A stretch of 64,000 nucleotides of DNA from Verrucomicrobiota bacterium (GTDB taxonomy: Bacteria > Verrucomicrobiota > Verrucomicrobiia > Limisphaerales > AAA164-E04), in contig CP170459.1 in the NCBI GenBank assembly GCA_047947115.1, forward strand, positions 288,001 through 352,000, read 5' to 3'. Positions within the stretch are counted from its first letter, which is position 1; every line of letters begins with the position of its first letter. Below are positions 50,316-59,048 of the stretch, piece by piece. The position numbers and the translations under genes were made by a program. The notes beneath the pieces were generated by a model. That model saw only the letters and a program-made list of their open reading frames with translations, was not told the origin of the DNA and did not search any database.

Positions 50316-51200
50316 ATGAGCGACCCAGCAGAACAATTAAAAGCATTTCAACCCACAAAGGATTTCTTCGTGGGAATTGATTCGGACGGATGTGTCTTTG
50401 ACAGCATGGAAATCAAGCACAAGGAGTGCTTTGTTCCCATGTTTATCAAACATTTCGGACTTCAGCCCGTCAGCAAATACGCCCGCGAAGTGTGGGAGTT
50501 CGTCAATCTTTACAGCAAAACGCGCGGCATCAACCGATTCCCGGCCCTTTCCAACGCTCTCAATTTCCTCAAAGACCGCCCCGAGGTGCAGGCACGGAAT
50601 GTCCAGATCCCCTCCTCCGAAGCGGTGGATGAATGGATCGCACGCGAAACCAAGCTGGGCAACGCAACCCTGGAAGCGGAAGTCAAAGGCGGCAACAACA
50701 ATCTGGACCTCGTCTATGCATGGTCCACCGCCGTCAATGCCCAGGTCGAGGACATCGTCCATGGCGTCCCCCCATTTCCCTTGGTGAGGGAATGCTTTGA
50801 GAAAATCAGGGAAAAAGCAGACGCCATGTGCATCTCCCAAACACCCGTCGATGCTCTGCAACGCGAATGGGGCGAAAACCAATTGGATGGCTACATCGCT
50901 ATGATCGCCGGGCAGGAAATGGGTACCAAAACGGAACACCTAAAATTCGCCGCCGCTTCCAAGTATGAAGCCACCCGCATCCTGATGATCGGTGATGCTC
51001 CCGGAGATTTCAAAGCGGCCAAAAGCAACTTTGCCCTGTTCTACCCGATCAACCCGGGCCATGAGGAAGCCTCCTGGCAGCGTTTGTTCGACGAAGCTCT
51101 GGACAAGTTTTTTAACGAGGAATACGCAGGCGCTTATGAAGACGCACTGGTTGCCGAATTCAACAAATGCCTCCCGGAAAACCCACCTTGGGTCATCTAA
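50316..51200 (+). CDS. HAD-family hydrolase
   Basis: IDSDGCVFD (DxD), SQT, K, MIGDAPGD. Confidence 0.85.
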   Translation: MSDPAEQLKAFQPTKDFFVGIDSDGCVFDSMEIKHKECFVPMFIKHFGLQPVSKYAREVWEFVNLYSKTRGINRFPALSNALNFLKDRPEVQARNVQIPSSEAVDEWIARETKLGNATLEAEVKGGNNNLDLVYAWSTAVNAQVEDIVHGVPPFPLVRECFEKIREKADAMCISQTPVDALQREWGENQLDGYIAMIAGQEMGTKTEHLKFAAASKYEATRILMIGDAPGDFKAAKSNFALFYPINPGHEEASWQRLFDEALDKFFNEEYAGAYEDALVAEFNKCLPENPPWVI

Positions 51201-51216
51201 GCGCCTCACCTTTCGG

Positions 51217-51250
51217 GTAGGGACCTGCTGCCGCAGGTCCGCGAGCGCGC
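51217..51250 (+). repeat. REP-like palindrome, single copy
   Basis: GTAG-GGACCTGC-tgcc-GCAGGTCC-GCGAGCGCG, nearly identical to the reverse complement of the right REP at 15696-15728. Confidence 0.75.
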
Positions 51251-51352
51251 TTGAGATAGCCTCAATACCATTACAGGATGAACGTATCTCAGCTTGCGCA
51301 CTCCTAAAATCAGTCTTAACCGGAAAAGTGCTCCCAGCCTTTTCCGGTTTTT

Positions 51353-52000
51353 TTATTGAAGACATCCGGACACTTCAGACCAGATCGCCCGATGCACAGC
51401 ATCAATGTCCCGGGTGGCGTCAATCACCTTGACGCGGCCCGAAGACTCATCCGCAATCGCATCATACCCCCGTTCAATACGCTCAAAAAAGGCGCGTTCA
51501 GCCTCTTCAAACCGATCTCTCTCAGGGCCTGAAGTTTGAGCGCGGGAGGCTCGACGGGATTCGCTGACATGTAAAGGCACTTTCAAAAGCAAGGTCAAAT
51601 CAGGAATCGTCACCCCCACCGCCACCTCTATGGTCTTTCGAACCAAGGCAAGATCCAGACCACGGCCGTATCCCTGATAAACAACCGTCGAATCAAAAAA
51701 ACGGTCCACCAGCACGATGCTCCCTCGTGCCAACTCAGGTTCGATGACCTGACGCACCAATTGAGCCCGGCTGGCATTCATAAGCAACAATTCCGACACC
51801 GGATCAATTTCCACTCCTTCCTTGGGAGTTTTAAGAATATCGCGAAGCGCTTCCCCAAGACCAGTCCCCCCCGGTTCACGCAAGGCGATCACATCCCTTC
51901 CGGTAGTACGCAGACGGTCGGTCAACAAAGCTATCTGAGTGGATTTACCACAACCCTCGTTGCCTTCAAACGAAACGAATTTGCCTCGTGAATCCGCCAC
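51353..52000 (-). CDS. tmk: Thymidylate kinase
   Basis: FEGNEGCGKSTQ, REPGGT, DRFFDST.VYQGYGRG, PDLT. Confidence 0.96.
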   Translation of the reverse strand: MADSRGKFVSFEGNEGCGKSTQIALLTDRLRTTGRDVIALREPGGTGLGEALRDILKTPKEGVEIDPVSELLLMNASRAQLVRQVIEPELARGSIVLVDRFFDSTVVYQGYGRGLDLALVRKTIEVAVGVTIPDLTLLLKVPLHVSESRRASRAQTSGPERDRFEEAERAFFERIERGYDAIADESSGRVKVIDATRDIDAVHRAIWSEVSGCLQ

Positions 52001-52003
52001 AAT

Positions 52004-53422
52004 TCAGATCCTTTTTGGTCTGGGACCGTTGGGGGTGTCCTCGATCACCCACCCCTTGGATTTCAACTCATCGCGCAAACGGTCCGCCTCAGCCCAATTC
52101 TTATCTTTTCGCGCCTGTTGGCGTTGGTCCGCCAGGGAAAGGATTTCTTCGGGAGTATCATCTCCTTGCTCTTCGACTCCCATCCCTAAAACAGAATCCA
52201 CCTGCTCCCAGGCTTTCAATTGTGCCGCCGCCATCACAGGTGTCATGGTTTGATCCGCCAACTGCCGGTTGGTATCCCTCACCCATTCGAAAACAGCCGC
52301 CCAGGCAGCCGACACGTTCAGGTCGTCATCCATGGCCGCTTCAAATTTTGCGGTCAGTTCCGACCCGACTTCAGCGCTTGCGTCACCCGCCTGCTGTTTG
52401 AGCTTGAACAAGCATTCATCCAAACGACCAAGAGCCGCCCGGGCGCCATTCAAACCTTCAATCGTAAAATTGAACGTCTCGCGATAGTGTGCGGAAATCA
52501 GAACGAAACGGATTTCACGGCCATTGAATCCCTTGTCCAACAAGTCGCGCAGGGTGAAAAAGTTCCCCAACGACTTGCTCATCTTCTTACCCTCCACCTG
52601 CAAATGCGAAACATGCACCCAATGCTTGACGAAGCGTTGCCCCTGCTCCTGCACCCCGGCACCTTCGCTCTGGGCGATTTCGTCCTCATGATGCGGAAAT
52701 TTCAGGTCCTCGCCCCCCAGATGCAGATCAAAACTGGTCCCAAGGTATTGCATGCTCATGGCGCTGCACTCCACATGCCACCCCGGACGTCCCTGCCCCC
52801 AGGGACTTTCCCAAAACACCTCTCCATCGCCCTCGGTGCGGGCTTTCCATAAGGCAAAGTCAGCGATGGCGTCCTTCGCATATTCATCGGACTGAACACG
52901 CTCGCCGGGACGCATCTGATCGAAATCGAGCTTTTGCAGCTGTCCATAACAACACCCCGCCTCTTGGTATTTCCCGATACTGAAATAGACCGATCCGTCC
53001 TTGGCGGCATAAGCCACCCCGCGCTCCACCAAACGCGCAATCAGGTCGATGATCGAAGGCATGTGCTCGGTCGCTCGCGGCATGTCGTGAGGCGACTCAC
53101 AGCGGAGTTCTTGGAGATCATTCAGAAAAGCATCTTCGTATTTTTTTGTGTAAGCGCCGAGAGTGGTGCCGGAAGCCTTGACCCGGGCAATGATTTTGTC
53201 CTCAACGTCCGTGATATTCATCACATGACGCACCTCGAATCCCTTGAAGCCAAGATAACGACGAACCAGATCCGAAAGCACGAATGTGCGGAAATTCCCG
53301 ATGTGCGCAAAGTCGTGCACCGTCGGACCACAACAATACATGCCGACCTTGCGGCCTTCCGGGTCCAACGGTTGAAAAGGTTCGATGCTCCTGCTGAGCG
53401 TGTTGAATAATTTCAATCCCAT
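52004..53422 (-). CDS. cysS: Cysteinyl-tRNA synthetase
   Basis: CGPTV...HIGN, DFALWK, GRPGWHVECSAM, FPHHEDEIAQ, KMSKS. Confidence 0.98.
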   Translation of the reverse strand: MGLKLFNTLSRSIEPFQPLDPEGRKVGMYCCGPTVHDFAHIGNFRTFVLSDLVRRYLGFKGFEVRHVMNITDVEDKIIARVKASGTTLGAYTKKYEDAFLNDLQELRCESPHDMPRATEHMPSIIDLIARLVERGVAYAAKDGSVYFSIGKYQEAGCCYGQLQKLDFDQMRPGERVQSDEYAKDAIADFALWKARTEGDGEVFWESPWGQGRPGWHVECSAMSMQYLGTSFDLHLGGEDLKFPHHEDEIAQSEGAGVQEQGQRFVKHWVHVSHLQVEGKKMSKSLGNFFTLRDLLDKGFNGREIRFVLISAHYRETFNFTIEGLNGARAALGRLDECLFKLKQQAGDASAEVGSELTAKFEAAMDDDLNVSAAWAAVFEWVRDTNRQLADQTMTPVMAAAQLKAWEQVDSVLGMGVEEQGDDTPEEILSLADQRQQARKDKNWAEADRLRDELKSKGWVIEDTPNGPRPKRI

Positions 53423-53636
53423 GATGTTTTGGCAGGCAAGATTAAGCCATCAGAGAGGAAAGAAAAGCGAGAATTCTCCCGACGATAAAGAAGGTATCGG
53501 GGAGCACGCAAAATTCAAAAAAACAAGGTGCCGCCAAATTTAACAACGATTCGGCCTTGACTTGTCCATGGGTATCGTGTTTCTTTCCCAACTCTGTCCG
53601 GTGCAAACCACCAGACAGCACCTTGAAAAAGGGAAT

Positions 53637-53721
53637 GGTAGGATACCCAAGTGGCCAACGGGGGCAGACTGTAAATCTGCTGGCTTTGCCTTCACAGGTT
53701 CGAATCCTGTTCCTACCACCA
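53637..53721 (+). tRNA. tRNA-Tyr (GTA)
   Basis: GGTAGGA/TCCTACC acceptor stem, anticodon arm GCAGA-ctGTAaa-TCTGC, long variable arm, GGTTCGAATCC, encoded CCA. Confidence 0.97.
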
Positions 53722-53778
53722 CTTTTTCGGGGGATTTTTCAAAATCAACGACTTCCCGCACAGATTCCGCACAGCAAA

Positions 53779-54989
53779 ATGCTAAATTCCCGGTAAAAAT
53801 TTTCTATCGGGGGCAAACCGCGACAATCTACCAGAGATCCACCCGAGATGGCACATACCGGACATCGTGGTATGCGGATGGGAAACGCATTCAGCGGAAC
53901 TTCAAAAGACTTGATGAAGCGAGAGCTGCCGCAATGGTAGCACTTAAATACATCGCTCGGGGAGAAACAACCCTAGCTTCCCTGAACCCATCAAAATTAC
54001 GAGATGCTAAGTTGGCTGAGAATGCACTAAGCGCGTTTGGCATATCTCTTCTAGACGCTGTTACGGAGTATGTGGCGGCAAAAAAGCTCATTCCAAACGA
54101 TTCATTGGAGATCGCAGCTAAGTCTTGGGTAGAAAACCAAGTACAGATACAACCAATTCCGCTGCAAACGGCGGTAAAAGAGTACCTTAATTACAAGAAA
54201 ATACGGATAGCCCCGAGGACATACCGAGAAGAGGAACTGCGTTTGGAGCGGATATGCCAATCCATACAAAAAAATGTTAAGGATTTAACCAAATCTGATT
54301 TAGAACACTTTTTCGGTAAAGAGCTGCATCACCTGAAAGGTAAAAGCCGAAACCATTACCGTCAGACATTTAGGCAGCTATTCAATTATGCAGTAAGACG
54401 CGACTACCTCAGCGAAAAGCACAGATTATTCCAAGTGCTGGTAAACGAACCGACAAATGACTCAGCGCCAGAAATTCTAACTCCTACTGAATATAAGGAC
54501 CTCTTGAGAGAATCCTCGCCCGAAATGCTTCCTGTGATAGCAATAGCAGGGATGACGGGAGCTAGCCGTTCAGAATTACTTAGATTAACTTGGCAGGATA
54601 TATGGCGAGTGAAGAGTTACATTGAACTCGATGCAAAAAAGACGAAAACGAAGCAACGTCGGTTGGTCCCCATTCAGCCATCACTAGCCCTTTGGATAGC
54701 TCCATACAAAGACTACAAAGGCTCATTATGGCCAAGTTCTGAAGGTAGTTTTCATTCCCAGCTTCAAAAACTGATGACAAAATGCAACATTTCGGGCCAA
54801 AATTTATTACGACACAGTTACGCTTCGTACAGACTGGCTCAGATTAAGGACGCATCTCAAGTGGCAATGGAAATGGGTAACAGTCCAGAAAAACTTTTTA
54901 GAAATTACAACCAACTCCGGACACCAAAACAATCTGAGGAATGGTTCTCTATAACTCCCTCTTGTTTGAAAAGTTGCAACAAGCACTAA
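53779..54989 (+). pseudogene. Tyrosine recombinase/integrase, probably degenerate
   Basis: Arm-binding-like N-terminus (YRTSWYADGKRIQRNF), KTK, NLLRHSYASY, MGNS, LFRNY. ATG 53779 is one base out of frame; the box-I motif reads GASRSEL. Confidence 0.8.
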
Positions 54990-55367
54990 AAATCTAATCG
55001 TTTAAACTAAGATTTTCCCTCCCTCCTACCCTACAGGCCCTCCACAAAGACTCAAGAAACCACCAAGTGACACACCCTCCCCCAACCCGGAACCCATACA
55101 AATGGTTCTGGATATGGGCTTTTACAGGGGGCCTACCCCGTGTGTCAGCGTACAACACACACGGAAAAATTTATGGCCCCGGAATCAACATATGCGCAAG
55201 TCAAGGATCTGAATTGGAAACGGGTTCAGGGGTTGGTGACAAATTTGTGTTTTATGCGATTGTTTATGATTCTAATTTCACTATCCAGTTATTTTTGCAT
55301 TTTTTAAGTAATAATACTTAATCTGGCATGATATTTGGAAAGCGTAATTATTATTATTAAAATTATT

Positions 55368-56715
55368 GGTTCTTCGACAATTCCAGTGGAATTAAATTAA
55401 GCCGGGATTCTGAGTTTGCCGGCTACAAAGTAAAGCATAGTGATCATGTATACGGATGAGCGAAAACCTCTGGCCTTCCGCTTGACCGCGCTGAAAACGC
55501 TATTCAATCCTTCCATGAACGCTGTGGTCAGTTTCTTTTTCCAATGAGCAAGTATACCTTCCAAGTGACGTTCAATACTGTTTGCCACCTTGATCATTGG
55601 TTCCAACAAGTCCCCTGAATTTTTCGCCCTTCGTTTTACCCATCCTATCCATTTGACCATGTTTTTTCGCGCTGTAACCTCATTGCGACTGCGATAGACT
55701 TGTTGGAAATTTAATCGCATCTGGTAGGCGATTCCGGTTACTAAATTCTTCAAATCCAATTCCTCTAGCTGCTGGGTTTGACTCTTGGTTAGATTGGAGG
55801 GATTTTTACGAAATATCCAACGACTTGCTTTGAGCTCCTTTTTGGAATCCTTGTCTCCTTGATTTGCTTCGGCTTTGCGCACTTTATCGACTGCGTCATT
55901 GACCATGGCCACAGCATGATACTTGTCGAATACAATCTCTGCGTTGCCTAGATTCTCCCTTACTCCCTTTTGATAGGCCGGACTCATATCGATGGCAACT
56001 TGAGTGATCGCTTTTGGATGTCCGTTGTGCGCATATAACGCATCTGCAAAGCGTTGGAATGTTTCAGCGTCTTTGCCCTCGGTGGCAAAAATGACTCGCT
56101 TCTCCATCAAATCAGCAAACACCGTCAGGTAATCATGCCCTTTGCGTGCAGACAATTCGTCCGCACCGATCCAAACCACTTCACTCATATCCAACTTTGA
56201 ATAAGCTTCGTCGACATGGGCAAAAAGAATGCGCCACATGCGTTGATCACACTCTCCAATCAGTCCTGATGCTTTACTAACCGGCATCTCCCTCATCAAT
56301 GCCAACGCAAACCCCTCAAACGCCTGAGTAAAATGTTTTCCTTTACCCTCCCAGGGAACTTTAACCCGATAGGTTCGGTGACAAGATGGGCATTTGCCGC
56401 GAGGCACATTGCAGAGAATTTCAGATCGTTTTCCAAATACATCCATATGTCGCCAAGACCTTGTTTCGGTGTGATCGTAACAGGTAATCCCAGACGATTT
56501 GCAGGTCTGATGGGGACAAACTTCTTTCTCCCAGAGTTTGTCAGTTTCAGTAATAACCATGAAAAACTTTTCCGTCTCAGAATCGTAGTCAACGCCTCGA
56601 ACTTTCCAACACTCATCTAGCCCCAGCAATCCATGTATGGTCTTCTCAATATTCATGGAGCCATCATCTCACGATAGTTCCAAATGCTCAATTCCACTGT
56701 TTTTGTCGAAGAACC
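55368..56715 (-). mobile_element. ISL3-family IS, copy 1 (1348 bp)
   Basis: IRs GGTTCTTCGACAA(ttc/aaa)CAGTGGAATT. Confidence 0.95.
55397..56656 (-). CDS. ISL3 transposase
   Basis: Zn finger CPHQTC...CPSC; GADE, AIDMS..Y, FDKYH, EGLNS...KRKARGFR. Confidence 0.95.
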   Translation of the reverse strand: MNIEKTIHGLLGLDECWKVRGVDYDSETEKFFMVITETDKLWEKEVCPHQTCKSSGITCYDHTETRSWRHMDVFGKRSEILCNVPRGKCPSCHRTYRVKVPWEGKGKHFTQAFEGFALALMREMPVSKASGLIGECDQRMWRILFAHVDEAYSKLDMSEVVWIGADELSARKGHDYLTVFADLMEKRVIFATEGKDAETFQRFADALYAHNGHPKAITQVAIDMSPAYQKGVRENLGNAEIVFDKYHAVAMVNDAVDKVRKAEANQGDKDSKKELKASRWIFRKNPSNLTKSQTQQLEELDLKNLVTGIAYQMRLNFQQVYRSRNEVTARKNMVKWIGWVKRRAKNSGDLLEPMIKVANSIERHLEGILAHWKKKLTTAFMEGLNSVFSAVKRKARGFRSSVYMITMLYFVAGKLRIPA

Positions 56716-56720
56716 TTTTT

Positions 56721-58068
56721 GGTTCTTCGACAATTCCAGTGGAATTAAATTAAGCCGGGATTCTGAGTTTGCCGGCTACAAAGTAAAGCATAGTGGTCAT
56801 GTATACGGATGAGCGAAAACCTCTGGCCTTCCGCTTGACCGCGCTGAAAACGCTATTCAATCCTTCCATGAACGCTGTGGTCAGTTTCTTTTTCCAATGA
56901 GCAAGTATACCTTCCAAGTGACGTTCAATACTGTTTGCCACCTTGATCATTGGTTCCAACAAGTCCCCTGAATTTTTCGCCCTTCGTTTTACCCATCCTA
57001 TCCATTTGACCATGTTTTTTCGCGCTGTAACCTCATTGCGACTGCGATAGACTTGTTGGAAATTTAATCGCATCTGGTAGGCGATTCCGGTTACTAAATT
57101 CTTCAAATCCAATTCCTCTAGCTGCTGGGTTTGACTCTTGGTTAGATTGGAGGGATTTTTACGAAATATCCAACGACTTGCTTTGAGCTCCTTTTTGGAA
57201 TCCTTGTCTCCTTGATTTGCTTCGGCTTTGCGCACTTTATCGACTGCGTCATTGACCATGGCCACAGCATGATACTTGTCGAATACAATCTCTGCGTTGC
57301 CTAGATTCTCCCTTACTCCCTTTTGATAGGCCGGACTCATATCGATGGCAACTTGAGTGATCGCTTTTGGATGTCCGTTGTGCGCATATAACGCATCTGC
57401 AAAGCGTTGGAATGTTTCAGCGTCTTTGCCCTCGGTGGCAAAAATGACTCGCTTCTCCATCAAATCAGCAAACACCGTCAGGTAATCATGCCCTTTGCGT
57501 GCAGACAATTCGTCCGCACCGATCCAAACCACTTCACTCATATCCAACTTGGAATAAGCTTCGTCGACATGGGCAAAAAGAATGCGCCACATGCGTTGAT
57601 CACACTCTCCAATCAGTCCTGATGCTTTACTAACCGGCATCTCCCTCATCAATGCCAACGCAAACCCCTCAAACGCCTGAGTAAAATGTTTTCCTTTACC
57701 CTCCCAGGGAACTTTAACCCGATAGGTTCGGTGACAAGATGGGCATTTGCCGCGAGGCACATTGCAGAGAATTTCAGATCGTTTTCCAAATACATCCATA
57801 TGTCGCCAAGACCTTGTTTCGGTGTGATCGTAACAGGTAATCCCAGACGATTTGCAGGTCTGATGGGGACAAACTTCTTTCTCCCAGAGTTTGTCAGTTT
57901 CAGTAATAACCATGAAAAACTTTTCCGTCTCAGAATCGTAGTCAACGCCTCGAACTTCCCAACACTCATCTAGTCCCAGCAATCCATGTATGGTCTTCTC
58001 AATATTCATGGAGCCATCATCTCACGATAGTTCCAAATGCTCAATTCCATTGTTTTTGTCGAAGAACC
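56721..58068 (-). mobile_element. ISL3-family IS, copy 2 (1348 bp), tandem to copy 1 with a TTTTT spacer
   Basis: ...GTCGAAGAACC-TTTTT-GGTTCTTCGAC... at 56705-56731. Confidence 0.95.
56750..58009 (-). CDS. ISL3 transposase
   Basis: 419 aa, two residues differ from copy 1. Confidence 0.95.
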   Translation of the reverse strand: MNIEKTIHGLLGLDECWEVRGVDYDSETEKFFMVITETDKLWEKEVCPHQTCKSSGITCYDHTETRSWRHMDVFGKRSEILCNVPRGKCPSCHRTYRVKVPWEGKGKHFTQAFEGFALALMREMPVSKASGLIGECDQRMWRILFAHVDEAYSKLDMSEVVWIGADELSARKGHDYLTVFADLMEKRVIFATEGKDAETFQRFADALYAHNGHPKAITQVAIDMSPAYQKGVRENLGNAEIVFDKYHAVAMVNDAVDKVRKAEANQGDKDSKKELKASRWIFRKNPSNLTKSQTQQLEELDLKNLVTGIAYQMRLNFQQVYRSRNEVTARKNMVKWIGWVKRRAKNSGDLLEPMIKVANSIERHLEGILAHWKKKLTTAFMEGLNSVFSAVKRKARGFRSSVYMTTMLYFVAGKLRIPA

Positions 58069-58267
58069 AATTTTTTTTACAATATATACATGTTTTGACG
58101 TTAATCCAGAGTTTTCTTCATTTTCTTATCAAGTGGATTATAAAAAAACAATTGTTTTGACGCCTGTAAAAACAGACTTTCTTATCTCATGAGGATACGA
58201 AAACAGATCATCTTGTTAGCTGTTGGGTAATCTACCCACGTGAAACCAGATCGAATCTCAAAAAGTT

Positions 58268-58297
58268 GAGGAGAAAACCAAAACTGGCTTTCTCCTC
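58268..58297 (-). terminator. Hairpin downstream of the cargo genes, possible terminator
   Basis: GAGGAGAAA.CCA-aaac-TGG.TTTCTCCTC. Confidence 0.45.
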
Positions 58298-58436
58298 TTG
58301 GGTGACCCTAAGTACATTGCGAAACATAGGATCTTGGCTTGGTTAGCTTATGAGTAACCGCAAATGTGTGTACTATGTATTTTTTTCTTTTTGAAGCTTT
58401 TTTTCTGTGTTCTGCCTTAATTTAAGAAATACTTTG

Positions 58437-58988
58437 TTATCGACTCCACTCATTAACTTTCTTTAGGGTAGCCTTGCTAATCGTCGGTTTACCACTGGGA
58501 TTATTAACGTATCCTACAAATTCCATTATAGATGGATTACTTTCTTCATACGCGTAACTATATTTAGTGACGAATTGATCTTTCTTGGGGTCTAATCCAC
58601 ACAGGGGATCAAAAGTGAACTCTATTTTTGAATCACTGGAAAACGACAATGCTAAGGTCGGAGCATTACCCAAAGCACAATAATGAGTAGCAGTCAATTT
58701 TCCTGCCTTGTCATGATAGATTGTGACCATCGGTTCGTCTTCCTTCATTGGCGCAGTTTCTTCAATCCAACTTTCCATAATGCTAGCCCCTCCGCCTATG
58801 AGCTTGTATTCAGTCCGCAGAAAAACACTTTCTCCATTACTGCGTTTAATAATACCTTCCCATTTACCGGTTAGTTTCAGTAACTTTACGAATCCTGAAC
58901 TGCTTGTGGTTTTTGGCTCCTGTTCTGCTGCGTTTAGCATGTAAACCAAAGTTTGCAACACACATAAAGTACATAGTAATTTTCTCAT
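58437..58988 (-). CDS. Secreted beta-rich hypothetical protein (183 aa)
   Basis: Signal peptide; L.GKWEG, MVTIYH, ATHYCALGNAP. Confidence 0.8.
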   Translation of the reverse strand: MRKLLCTLCVLQTLVYMLNAAEQEPKTTSSSGFVKLLKLTGKWEGIIKRSNGESVFLRTEYKLIGGGASIMESWIEETAPMKEDEPMVTIYHDKAGKLTATHYCALGNAPTLALSFSSDSKIEFTFDPLCGLDPKKDQFVTKYSYAYEESNPSIMEFVGYVNNPSGKPTISKATLKKVNEWSR

Positions 58989-59048
58989 ATTTTTTATTAT
59001 CTATTTTGATTTATATTGTAACCCAGAAATTAATGTATGTTGATACCA

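Noticed and set aside
53562..53636. Integrase start at TTG 53562 / ATG 53568 as in the ORF track
   Set aside because: These codons lie within the probable tRNA promoter (TTGACT at 53557) and would require translating through the whole tRNA.
55323..55338. sigma54 promoter TGGCATGATATTTGG
   Set aside because: The -12 position is GG rather than GC, and only an IS end lies downstream.
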